The notes beneath the pieces were generated by a model that was given only the letters and a program-made list of their open reading frames with translations, was not told where the DNA came from and did not search any database. A program made the position numbers and the translations under genes. Below, piece after piece: positions 15,252-24,301 of a DNA stretch of 32,000 nt. Position 1 is the first letter of the stretch, and each line of letters begins with the position of its first letter. Source of the DNA: Candidatus Saccharimonadota bacterium (GTDB lineage Archaea > Nanobdellota > Nanobdellia > Pacearchaeales > GW2011-AR1); NCBI GenBank assembly GCA_041659445.1, contig JBAZYG010000001.1, forward strand, positions 240,001-272,000. Reading direction: 5' to 3'.

Positions 15252-16469
15252 ATGATATACGATTATTTTAATTTAGCATTTAAAAATTTAAAACATAGAG
15301 GAGCTCGTTCTTGGTTAACACTTTTGGGAATTTTTATTGGAGTTATGGCTGTTGTAGCATTAATTTCTTTAGGAAATGCTTTGAAAATTGGAGTCACAAG
15401 TCAATTTGGCGTCGGTTCAACAGAAGTTATTAGTGTTCAAGCTGGAGGAGTTAGTGCGTTTGGACCTCCTGGAAGCACTGCAACAATTCCATTGACAAAA
15501 GATGATGTTGGAGCAATTTCAAAAGTAAGTGGAGTAAAAAGAGCTATTGGAAGAAATGTTCCTGCAGGAAAATTAGAATTTAATGATAAAGTTGTTTTTG
15601 GATATGCTTTGAATGTTCCTGACGGAGATGATAGAAAATTTGTTTATGAAGAAGGAACTTTTGAAGCAGAAGTTGGAAGATTATTAAAAGATGGAGATGT
15701 AAACAAAGTTGTTTTAGGTTATAATTTTTATGCTGATAAAGTTGGTTTAGAAAAGTCAATAAAACCTGGAGATAGCATTTTGTTGCAAGACAAAAAATTT
15801 GAAGTTGTTGGAATTTTAAAAAAAGAAGGTAGTCTTATTTATGATAATATTGTTTTGGTAAATGAAAAACCATTAGAAGAATTAATGGGTTATGGAGACG
15901 AAGTTGATTTAATTGTTGTTCAAGTTAATGATAAAGATGAAATTGATTTAGTTAAAGAAAGAATAGAAAAGGAATTAAGAAATAGAAGAGATGTTAAAGA
16001 AGGTGAAGAGAATTTTCAAGTTTCTACTCCTGAATCAACTTTAGAAAATGTTAATAGTATTTTAAATGGAGTTCAAGCTTTTGTAGTTATTATCGCTTTG
16101 ATTTCTATTATCGTCGGTGCTATTGGCATTATTAATACAATGACAACATCTGTTTTAGAAAGAAAAAAAGAAATCGGAGTTATGAAGTCAATTGGTGCAA
16201 CAAATTTTCAAATTTTCATGCAGTTTTTTATTGAATCAAGTTTGTTGGGATTAGTTGGAGGAATAGTCGGAGTTACTTTTGGAATTTTGGTTGGTGTTGG
16301 AGGAACTTTGGGATTATCGTCGTGGCTAGGAACAACAATAAAACCTGCAATAAGTTTTGGTTTGATTTTTTTTACTTTGTTAACTAGTTTTTTGATTGGA
16401 GGAATTTCAGGAATTTATCCTGCAATGAAAGCAGCAAATGAAAATCCAGTGGAGGCTTTGAGAGGATGA
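15252..16469 (+). CDS. ABC transporter permease, MacB/FtsX family (paralogue 1)
   Basis: It has an N-terminal TM after KNLKHRGARSWLT, a large extracytoplasmic domain and a C-terminal FtsX domain (TTSVLERKKEIGVMKSIGAT). I prefer ATG 15252 over the track's GTG 15246 because it gives the same N-terminal length as paralogue 2. GAGGTGA lies at 15243-15249. Confidence 0.85.
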   Translation: MIYDYFNLAFKNLKHRGARSWLTLLGIFIGVMAVVALISLGNALKIGVTSQFGVGSTEVISVQAGGVSAFGPPGSTATIPLTKDDVGAISKVSGVKRAIGRNVPAGKLEFNDKVVFGYALNVPDGDDRKFVYEEGTFEAEVGRLLKDGDVNKVVLGYNFYADKVGLEKSIKPGDSILLQDKKFEVVGILKKEGSLIYDNIVLVNEKPLEELMGYGDEVDLIVVQVNDKDEIDLVKERIEKELRNRRDVKEGEENFQVSTPESTLENVNSILNGVQAFVVIIALISIIVGAIGIINTMTTSVLERKKEIGVMKSIGATNFQIFMQFFIESSLLGLVGGIVGVTFGILVGVGGTLGLSSWLGTTIKPAISFGLIFFTLLTSFLIGGISGIYPAMKAANENPVEALRG

Positions 16470-16954
16470 AAATTGAATTAAAAAAAGCAAGAAAAGAAGA
16501 TGCAAGAAAAATTTATTGGTTAAAAAGAGAAGCACTTATAAAAATAAATAGTAAGGATTATTCAAAAAAAGTAATCAATCTTTTGCTTGAAAAAAATAGT
16601 CTCAATGAAATTTCAAAAAAAATTAAAGAGGATGTAATTTTTTGTTTGTTTAAAAATAATTTACTAATTGGTACTATTTCAATAACTTCTAATAAAATTC
16701 ATGGTCTTGCAATAAGACCTTCCCATATTAATAAAGGATATGGAAAATATTTAATTAATTTCATTGAGAAATATGCAAAGAAAAAAAATATTAAAAAATT
16801 AATCATTTATCCTTCGCTTACTGCACAAAAATTTTATGAAAAATTAGGTTATAAAAAATCAGGAAAAACTTCTACTTGGAAATATAAAAATAAAATTTTA
16901 GAATTAAATGTTCCTATAATGGAGAAAAAATTAAAAGAGGAATTAAAAAAATGA
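16466..16954 (+). CDS. GNAT-family N-acetyltransferase
   Basis: An acetyl-CoA-binding motif region is present (LAIRPSHINKGYGKYLINFIEKYAKKKNIKKL), in 162 aa. An ATGA overlap links it to the upstream permease. Confidence 0.75.
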   Translation: MKIELKKARKEDARKIYWLKREALIKINSKDYSKKVINLLLEKNSLNEISKKIKEDVIFCLFKNNLLIGTISITSNKIHGLAIRPSHINKGYGKYLINFIEKYAKKKNIKKLIIYPSLTAQKFYEKLGYKKSGKTSTWKYKNKILELNVPIMEKKLKEELKK

Positions 16955-17022
16955 ACGCACTCAAAATTAAAATTTTGGTGAGGTCCTCGCTTTGCTGCGA
17001 GTTCCTTTTACAAGTAAAATGA
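16951..17022 (+). CDS. 23-codon bridging micro-ORF (MNALKIKILVRSSLCCEFLLQVK); possible translational-coupling ORF
   Basis: By hand translation, its ATG 16951 overlaps the GNAT stop (ATGA) and its TGA 17020-17022 overlaps the permease-2 ATG 17019 (ATGA). The string aaaatgaacgca is duplicated at 16947-16958 and 17015-17026. Confidence 0.25.
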   Translation: MNALKIKILVRSSLCCEFLLQVK

Positions 17023-18212
17023 ACGCAGAATCAATAAAATATTCGTTGAGAAATCTAAAACATAGAAAACTTAGAAGTTTCTTGACTGTGTTTTCTATTT
17101 TAATTGGAATTGCAACGATTTTTATTTTTGTAAGTTTTGGAATGGGTTTGTATAATTATATAGATGATATTACTACTGGTTCTTCTGTTGATAAATTAAT
17201 TATTCAATCCAAATTAGGAGGAGGTTTGGATGAAACTTTTGCATTAACTGAAAAAGATGTCGATACAATTCAAGGGGTCGCAGGAGTTTATGATGTGGCA
17301 GGAACTTATTTTAAAAGTTCAGAAATAAAATACAAAGATGAATTAAAATATGCCTTGGTTTTCGGTTATGACCCTAAAAAATCTTTAGTGATGGATGTTT
17401 TTGATATTCATATTTTTAAGGGAAGAGAATTAGTTTCTGGAGACAAATATAATGCAGTTTTAGGTTATAATTATCAATTTTCAAATGAAATTTTTTCAAA
17501 CCCCATTGAATTAAATAATAAAATAACAATTCAAGGAGTGGAATTTAAAGTTGTGGGTTTTTATGAAAAAGTTGGAAATCCTTCAGATGATTCTCAAGTT
17601 TATATTACTGAAGATGCTTTAAAAGAAATTTATCCAAATGCTTCTTATGGTTGGATAGTTGCAAAAGTTGATATTGATAATATCGACGTGATTTCTGAAA
17701 ATGTTGAAAAAGCGTTGAGAAAAGAAAGAGGATTGGAAAAAGGAAAAGAAGATTTTTATGTTCAATCTTTTGAAGATTTAATTAAATCTTATACAAGTGC
17801 TTTGAATATTATTGTTGGTTTTATTATTTTAATTGCATTAATTTCTGTTTTAGTTTCTGCAATAAATACTGCAAATACGATGATTACTTCTGTTTTAGAA
17901 AGAAGAAAAGAAATTGGGGTTTTGAAAGCTATTGGTGCTAGGAATTCTGAAATTGTTAAAATATTTTTGTTTGAAAGTTCATTCTTGGGATTTGTCGCAG
18001 GTGTTTTGGGAGTTGGATTTGGTTTTATAATTACATTTATAGCTAAAATAATTATTAATAATTTAGGCTGGAGTTTCTTAAGTCCGTATTATTCTTTTGG
18101 ATTGTTTGCTGGATGTGTGTTATTTGCGACGATAACTGGAGCAATTTCAGGAGTGATTCCAGCATTAAAAGCTTCAAGAATAAATCCTGTTAATGCTTTA
18201 CGTTACGAATGA
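17019..18212 (+). CDS. ABC transporter permease, MacB/FtsX family (paralogue 2)
   Basis: It has the same architecture as paralogue 1 (RNLKHRKLRSFLT ... ITSVLERRKEIGVLKAIGAR). ATG 17019 is preferred. The track's TTG 16992 remains possible because GGTGAGG lies 9 nt upstream of it. Confidence 0.85.
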   Translation: MNAESIKYSLRNLKHRKLRSFLTVFSILIGIATIFIFVSFGMGLYNYIDDITTGSSVDKLIIQSKLGGGLDETFALTEKDVDTIQGVAGVYDVAGTYFKSSEIKYKDELKYALVFGYDPKKSLVMDVFDIHIFKGRELVSGDKYNAVLGYNYQFSNEIFSNPIELNNKITIQGVEFKVVGFYEKVGNPSDDSQVYITEDALKEIYPNASYGWIVAKVDIDNIDVISENVEKALRKERGLEKGKEDFYVQSFEDLIKSYTSALNIIVGFIILIALISVLVSAINTANTMITSVLERRKEIGVLKAIGARNSEIVKIFLFESSFLGFVAGVLGVGFGFIITFIAKIIINNLGWSFLSPYYSFGLFAGCVLFATITGAISGVIPALKASRINPVNALRYE

Positions 18213-18303
18213 TCCTAGTATTTTTATAATATTAACAAATTTTTTAATTTAATTTAAAATAATTCTTAGGAACCTTTAAATATTCAAAGTTTTACTTATT
18301 AAA

Positions 18304-19575
18304 ATGAATAAAAGAGTTGGATATTCAATTATTTTAATTTTGGGTTTAATACCTATTTTAATTTGGATTGGAATGGAACCTCTTAGTAGTAGGTTTTCAA
18401 ATTTAACTTCAATTTTTACAAATCTTGGAAGAATTTTTGCTCTTTCTGGTATTTGCTTTTTTGCTTTAACTTTTTTACTTAATACACGATTGAAATTTCT
18501 TGAAAATTTATTTGGAGGTTTAGACAAACTTTACAAAGCCCATCATGTTTTTGGTACAACTGCATTTATTTTGATTTTATTTCATCCTATTTTTTTAAGT
18601 ATTCAATATCTAGTATTTTCTACAAATTCAGCTGCAATGTTTTTTGTTCCTACTATTAGTAGAATGCCTGTAAATTTTGGAATTGTTTCTTTAGCTATTA
18701 TGGTTGTTCTTTTATTTTTTACGTTTTTTGTTAACCTTAAATATAATACTTGGAAGATTTCTCATAAATTTTTAGTTATTGCATTTATATTAGCTGTTAT
18801 TCATGTACTTCTTATTTCAAGTGATGTTTCAAGAAATACTTTTTTGAAAAATTATGTATTTACAATAATTTTAATCGGTATTATTTCTTTATTGTACAAA
18901 ACAATTTTTTATAAAATTTTGAAAAAAAGAAAAAAATTTATTGTTGAAAAAGTGAATAAATTAAATCACAATGTTCTTGAAATTATTTTAAAACCAGAAA
19001 AAGATATAAAAAATTATAAATCTGGGCAATTTATTTTTGTCAGTTTTAAGCAAAAAGGATTAAAAGAATATCATCCATTTACAATTTCTTCTTCGCCTTC
19101 TGAAGACAATTTAAAACTTACAATCAAAGAATCAGGAGACTGGACTAAAAAATTAAATAGTTTAAATGTAGGAACTAAAGCATTTGTTGAAGGTCCATAT
19201 GGAAAATTTTATGCAAATGAAAATTCAGAACAAATATGGATTGCAGGCGGAATAGGAATAACACCTTTTTTAAGTATGGCAAGACATTCAAAAATAAAAA
19301 GCAAGATTGATTTATTTTATTCTGTGAAAGATGCAAAAGATGCTGTATTTATAGAAGAATTGAATAAATTGTCAAAAGGTAATTTTAAAGTCCATATTAT
19401 TTATACTTCAAAAGGAAAGAGATTAACTGTAGAAGATATTTTTAAAAGAGTAGAAATTAAAAATAAAGAAATTTTAATATGTGGTCCAGTTGAAATGATG
19501 ATTAATCTAAAAGAGCAACTTTTAAATAAAGGAGTTCATAATAAAAAAATACATATGGAGGAATTTAACTTATGA
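18304..19575 (+). CDS. NOX-type ferric-reductase-domain flavocytochrome (bis-heme TM domain plus FAD- and NAD(P)H-binding domains)
   Basis: There is a six-TM N-terminal domain with H-x13-H (HHVFGTTAFILILFH) and H-x12-H (HKFLVIAFILAVIH), FAD motif HPFTISSSP, and NAD(P)H motifs AGGIGITPF and ICGPVEM. Confidence 0.8.
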   Translation: MNKRVGYSIILILGLIPILIWIGMEPLSSRFSNLTSIFTNLGRIFALSGICFFALTFLLNTRLKFLENLFGGLDKLYKAHHVFGTTAFILILFHPIFLSIQYLVFSTNSAAMFFVPTISRMPVNFGIVSLAIMVVLLFFTFFVNLKYNTWKISHKFLVIAFILAVIHVLLISSDVSRNTFLKNYVFTIILIGIISLLYKTIFYKILKKRKKFIVEKVNKLNHNVLEIILKPEKDIKNYKSGQFIFVSFKQKGLKEYHPFTISSSPSEDNLKLTIKESGDWTKKLNSLNVGTKAFVEGPYGKFYANENSEQIWIAGGIGITPFLSMARHSKIKSKIDLFYSVKDAKDAVFIEELNKLSKGNFKVHIIYTSKGKRLTVEDIFKRVEIKNKEILICGPVEMMINLKEQLLNKGVHNKKIHMEEFNL

Positions 19576-20081
19576 ATATAACGAAAAAAATAACAGGAAT
19601 AGCAATAATTGTTGCATTTATTTTTTTAATCGTAATTTTTGTATCTGGAATAATTTTGTATAATCCTAATTCTTCAAATTTAAAAGGATATAATTTATCA
19701 ACAGATAATAATTCTATTGGACCTGCACCAGGAGTTTCACTTGTTTTAGATATGGTAGAAATTTCAAAACATAATAATAAAAATGATTGTTGGCTTTTGA
19801 TTAATAATAAAATTTATGATGTTACAAGTTTTATTTCAGTGCATCCAGGTGGAAGCTCAACAATTTTGAATAGTTGTGGAAAAGAATCTACTCAAGAATT
19901 TACAAATCGAGGAGGTACAGGTGCTCATTCTTCAAATGCTTATGGTCTTCTTAATTTGTATTATATTGGGGATTTTGGACAAACAATAGGTACGACAGAA
20001 TTACAAAATAAAACTTCAACAGCACAAAATTCTAATGTTCCGATTAATGTTAATGATGATGACGAAGAAGAAGATGATTAA
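19572..20081 (+). CDS. Membrane-anchored cytochrome b5-like heme-binding protein with an acidic C-terminal tail
   Basis: An N-terminal TM is followed by a b5 core (ISKHNNKNDCWLLINNKIYDVTSFISVHPGG ... GAHSSNAYGLL..YYIG). The tail is DDDEEEDD. An ATGA overlap links it to the upstream gene, and GGAGG lies 10 nt upstream. Confidence 0.75.
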   Translation: MNITKKITGIAIIVAFIFLIVIFVSGIILYNPNSSNLKGYNLSTDNNSIGPAPGVSLVLDMVEISKHNNKNDCWLLINNKIYDVTSFISVHPGGSSTILNSCGKESTQEFTNRGGTGAHSSNAYGLLNLYYIGDFGQTIGTTELQNKTSTAQNSNVPINVNDDDEEEDD

Positions 20082-20093
20082 ATTTAAAAATAA

Positions 20094-20873
20094 TTAATAA
20101 AATTCTATTTGTGTTGTTAAAAAATCAATTCCTTCATTTTTTATTATATTTCTTTTCCATCTTTCATAGGGAACATAATTTGTATTTTTTTCAAGAGACT
20201 TTGCAGTGTGAGGTTTTCCATTCATTGCTATTTTTATTAGATTAATTGGTTGCGGTAAATATTCTGGAAATTTTTTAAAAAATTCTTGCATGTTAGGATA
20301 TTCTATTGGAAATTTATTTAATCTTCTTATATATCCTCCATTTATTGCATCTTTTCCTCCAGCAGGAAGTATAAAAAATTCATTTCCTGCCCAAACTTCA
20401 TGCCATGCTTCTCCTGCTCCATCAAATTTATCAAAAAAAGAAACAAATTGTGATTCAAGCGAATCTTTATTTTTTGAAGCTAAAAGTAATTTTTCATAAG
20501 ATTCGTTATTTGCTATTTCAGAATATGTTTTTGTTAAGTCTGGGACGAATTGTTTTTCTTTTTCCACTAATTCTTCACGTTCTTTTGAAGTCATTCTCTC
20601 TTTTGCATACAAGGTAATGTCATCAGTTAAGATTTCTAAATCATCGTGAACTTTGGCCAATGTTCTGGCAAAGTTTACGTTAAAATTTGGATAAATATTT
20701 AATATTTTGTTCAAAGCTTCTTCTAAATGCCATCTTACTCTTTGAGAATGAAGTAAATCATTTGTTCTATAAAACATTACTGGAGTTATATCTTCAATAT
20801 ATCTTTTTATTTTTTCTAATTTTTGTTCCCTTCCTTCTTCAAATCCATTTAGAATTATTGGTTTAAAATTCAT
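20094..20873 (-). CDS. HD-superfamily metal-dependent phosphohydrolase-like protein
   Basis: An H ... HD ... D pattern is present (LLHSQRVRWHL ... AKVHDDLEILTDDIT), reminiscent of YfbR-type 5'-nucleotidases. The assignment is tentative. Confidence 0.5.
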   Translation of the reverse strand: MNFKPIILNGFEEGREQKLEKIKRYIEDITPVMFYRTNDLLHSQRVRWHLEEALNKILNIYPNFNVNFARTLAKVHDDLEILTDDITLYAKERMTSKEREELVEKEKQFVPDLTKTYSEIANNESYEKLLLASKNKDSLESQFVSFFDKFDGAGEAWHEVWAGNEFFILPAGGKDAINGGYIRRLNKFPIEYPNMQEFFKKFPEYLPQPINLIKIAMNGKPHTAKSLEKNTNYVPYERWKRNIIKNEGIDFLTTQIEFY

Positions 20874-20925
20874 TAAATAAAATAATTTAATTGGTTTAAA
20901 AGAATTTGTTTACTAAAATGTATAC

Positions 20926-21822
20926 TTATTTTTTAGGATTCATCAAAGCATGTTGTCTTTCATGTTTTGCTTTTTTCTTTTTTCTCCAACGTCTGTAAAA
21001 ATAAAATACAATAATTCCAATTAATAAAACCCAAAATAAATAAGATGTAATTGGTGTTTTTGCTTTTCCATTAGTTCTATCTTGAAAATATTCTGGTTCA
21101 AATAAAACTGTTTTTTCTAAAGTTCTTCTAGTGTTTGTTTCATCTGTGTAAGAAACATTTAATTTTATTTCACCACCTTTTGAAGTTGCTTCAAAAGTTG
21201 CTGTTGTATATTCATTTGAATCTAAATCTCCGACAATAATTGTTTTTGAACCCTTAACATTTACAGTTTCTTGTTGAGGAATTTCTAAAGTTAATGCTTG
21301 AATATCTGATTCAGCAGTGTTTAAAATTTGAAAAGTCATTTCTTTAGTTTGTGAATTATAATCTTTAACAAAAATTTCAAAATCTGCTCTAACATCTTTA
21401 ACATTAATGTCGAATTCTTTTGTCAAATAAGTGCTAGTTAAAGAATCTTGTTTGTATCTAACTTCAATAGGGTTATCTCCGTTTAACGCATCTATGTCTA
21501 ATCGAACTTTATAAGGTGCAATTAAAAATGAGTTGTAATCTTTTTGATAAACTCCAGATTCAATTGTTATTTTTGTTTCTTGTCCTGGGTCAAAAATTAA
21601 AGGATATTGTTCTAATAATTCAAATTCAATTGTTCCACATTCAGGGTTTGAAACTCCGTCAACTTGGAAAACTATTTTTACATAATCTCCAGGGGTTGCT
21701 GGATATGGATCTTGATTTATTAAAGAAACATCTAAATTACATCCTTCTGCTAAAACATTTGTTAATGAAAACATCAAAAAAATTCCTAAGGCAATAAATA
21801 ATAATCCTCTTTTCATGTCCAA
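20926..21822 (-). CDS. Secreted cell-surface protein with a C-terminal TM anchor (S-layer/CARDB-like beta-rich domains)
   Basis: There is a signal peptide (LLFIALGIFLMFSLTNVLA), beta-rich repeats (VSLINQDPYPATPGDYVKIVFQV) and a C-terminal TM plus basic tail (YLFWVLLIGIIVFYFYRRWRKKKK). Confidence 0.6.
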   Translation of the reverse strand: MDMKRGLLFIALGIFLMFSLTNVLAEGCNLDVSLINQDPYPATPGDYVKIVFQVDGVSNPECGTIEFELLEQYPLIFDPGQETKITIESGVYQKDYNSFLIAPYKVRLDIDALNGDNPIEVRYKQDSLTSTYLTKEFDINVKDVRADFEIFVKDYNSQTKEMTFQILNTAESDIQALTLEIPQQETVNVKGSKTIIVGDLDSNEYTTATFEATSKGGEIKLNVSYTDETNTRRTLEKTVLFEPEYFQDRTNGKAKTPITSYLFWVLLIGIIVFYFYRRWRKKKKAKHERQHALMNPKK

Positions 21823-21854
21823 AATAAGAAAAGTTTGTTTTTAAATCTTATTAA

Positions 21855-22067
21855 TTAAAACCAGTTATGACTTCCTTCTTGATGAGATTCAGTAGGAGTT
21901 TCTATGTCATAATCAAATTGTTGTGGTTGATTAGAAGAATCTTTTATTCTTTTAAGATATTTTCTTATTTGTTCAAATTCATAACTATAATCTATTTGTT
22001 CAATTTGATACTCTACATGAGTTGAAGTATTTTTCATAACCTTTTCTAAAGTTTTTTCGCATGCCAT
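21855..22067 (-). CDS. Small hypothetical protein
   Basis: The ORF is 70 aa with TTTATAA about 27 nt upstream. No family is recognised. Confidence 0.4.
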   Translation of the reverse strand: MACEKTLEKVMKNTSTHVEYQIEQIDYSYEFEQIRKYLKRIKDSSNQPQQFDYDIETPTESHQEGSHNWF

Positions 22068-22139
22068 TGTTTCAATTGAATTAGAATAGAGTTTATAAGG
22101 CTTGTGGATTGTAAAATAGATATTTAATTATCCTAAATC

Positions 22140-23876
22140 TTACATTCCCCAGTCAGCTTTGGTTTTTCTTTTGATTTCAGAAATTTCTTGAAGAATTCTT
22201 ATTTCGTTTGAACTTAGTAAATCTTTATTTTTTTTAAAATCTCTAAATTGAGATTCAGAAATATTTGAGTAAAGATATTTTTTATCTTTTAATTCTCTTT
22301 CATAATTTAATCCAGGGATTGAAACTGCAACTTCCATCCCTTCTATTGCTTCTGGAACTGAACGATTTTCTGATTGAATATTTTTTATGTGTCCGACTTT
22401 TTCATCTTTTTCATTTATTAAATTTAAATCTGAAATTAATTTTCCTCCTGAGATTTTTACTCCAAAAATTGCAGGTTTTGTATTTCTAAAAACATATTGA
22501 TGCAAAATTTCCAATTTGCATATTGTTGTTAATTCCATTAATCTTTTTTTAAGAATTTCTTTTTCTTTTTCTTTTCTCCATTCAACCAAATCTTCAATTA
22601 ATTTGTAAATTACTTCATTTGTAATGATTTTAATATTTCCTTTTACTTGTTCGACTTCTTCATCTACTTCGACGTTAAAACCAATTATTACTGCGTCTAA
22701 TTCATTTATTTCCAAATTTGCTTTTGCATTTATTAAATCAGATTTATTTATTTTTCCAATTGAAACACGAACCACTGGGATTTTATTTTCTTTAAGCAAA
22801 ACTAAAAGTGCTTCTAAACTTCCAAGAGAATCTGCTTTTGCAATTATTCCAAATTTTGAAGTTGGGATATTTTCAGATAATTCTTTTTTAAAAATTTCCT
22901 TTATTTCATTTAAATTATTCTTGTATATTAAGAAAGGCATTCCAGGAAGGACGTCAAATTTTTCAACAAGTTGTAATCTTAATCCTGTTGCTGCTTTTGC
23001 TTTTTCTACTGGTTTAAATTTATTACATAACGGTTGAATTTCCTCGAGAATTCTTATTTTTGTTATTTTTGGTTCACCTTCAAAATTTGAAACTGCTATT
23101 TCATCTGTTTTTTTTAATTCTCCGTCGTATAAAATTGCTTCAATGTAATTATTGCTTTTTTCTTTTTTTATTTCAAGCATTACTCCTTTTGCATCTGTTC
23201 TAACTTCTAATTTTGAAGAAAGATATTTTTGACTTAAACCACAAAGCATCATTATTAATTCAGGTATTCCTTCTCCAGTGTGAGCAGATACTGGAACCAA
23301 AGCAATATTTTTTGTGAAATCTGAAATGTTAAAATATAAATCTGATTCAAATCCATATGAATTTAGAGAACCAATTAAAGTCATGTATTTCTCCTCGAAG
23401 AATTGTTTTACTTTTAATGGCTGACCTTCAATATTTTGTTTTAAATTTTCACTGATTTTTTTCCATCCATTTATTTTATCAATTTTATTTAATGCAATTA
23501 TGAATGGTGTTTTGTTATGTTTTAAAATAGAGATTACTTCAGATGTTTGGGGTTTTATTCCTTCGTTGATATCAATAACAAGAACAGCCAAATCTGCTAG
23601 ACTTCCTCCTCGTTTTCTTAAGTTTGTAAATGCAGCATGTCCAGGAGTGTCAATTAATAAGAATCCAGGAATTTCTATTTTTGTTTCATTTTTTTCAATT
23701 AATGGGCAGGCGATTTTTAATTGTTCTAAAGGATAAGAAGTAAATGAGATTTTTTGAGTAATTCCTCCTGCTTCATCTTCTTGAACGCATGAATTTCGTA
23801 GCTTGTCAAGTATAGAAGTTTTTCCATGATCTACATGGCCTACAACAGTTACGATTGGCTGTCTTATATTTGTCAT
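22140..23876 (-). CDS. infB: Translation initiation factor aIF5B (IF2-type GTPase)
   Basis: The G domain reads VVGHVDHGKTSILDKLR...DTPGH...NKID, followed by aIF5B-like domains II-IV. The protein is 578 aa. Confidence 0.92.
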   Translation of the reverse strand: MTNIRQPIVTVVGHVDHGKTSILDKLRNSCVQEDEAGGITQKISFTSYPLEQLKIACPLIEKNETKIEIPGFLLIDTPGHAAFTNLRKRGGSLADLAVLVIDINEGIKPQTSEVISILKHNKTPFIIALNKIDKINGWKKISENLKQNIEGQPLKVKQFFEEKYMTLIGSLNSYGFESDLYFNISDFTKNIALVPVSAHTGEGIPELIMMLCGLSQKYLSSKLEVRTDAKGVMLEIKKEKSNNYIEAILYDGELKKTDEIAVSNFEGEPKITKIRILEEIQPLCNKFKPVEKAKAATGLRLQLVEKFDVLPGMPFLIYKNNLNEIKEIFKKELSENIPTSKFGIIAKADSLGSLEALLVLLKENKIPVVRVSIGKINKSDLINAKANLEINELDAVIIGFNVEVDEEVEQVKGNIKIITNEVIYKLIEDLVEWRKEKEKEILKKRLMELTTICKLEILHQYVFRNTKPAIFGVKISGGKLISDLNLINEKDEKVGHIKNIQSENRSVPEAIEGMEVAVSIPGLNYERELKDKKYLYSNISESQFRDFKKNKDLLSSNEIRILQEISEIKRKTKADWGM

Positions 23877-23926
23877 ATATTCTGAAGTATAGATTTATTT
23901 TTAAAGGTTGGTTTTGATAAATTTAA

Positions 23927-24301
23927 ATGATTAAAATTACAAAAGTAAAAAGGTTGAATGAAATAATTTTAGTTTATTCATCTGTAGATGATATAATTAA
24001 ACGCCATGAACCAATGTTTGTTATTGGAAAAACAAAAGATGGTAAAATATTGCAAAATTTTAAATTAAATTCATTTGAAAAATCTTTGTTTTGGCATCCC
24101 CCTCAAAAAATTAGACTTTTGGATTATGGTTCTTTTGAATTAACTCAAGATATGATTGTGCAAGAATATTCTAATTTTGCATGGAGATTTGTTAAATACA
24201 ATAAATCAGAATTGGACTTAATCATTTCTACTGGAGCTGAAATTATTGGCCAAAAAGGATTAGAGGATTATATTAAGGAAAATAAGATAAATAAATCTTA
24301 A
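23927..24301 (+). CDS. Hypothetical protein
   Basis: The ORF is 124 aa. No family is recognised. Confidence 0.45.
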   Translation: MIKITKVKRLNEIILVYSSVDDIIKRHEPMFVIGKTKDGKILQNFKLNSFEKSLFWHPPQKIRLLDYGSFELTQDMIVQEYSNFAWRFVKYNKSELDLIISTGAEIIGQKGLEDYIKENKINKS

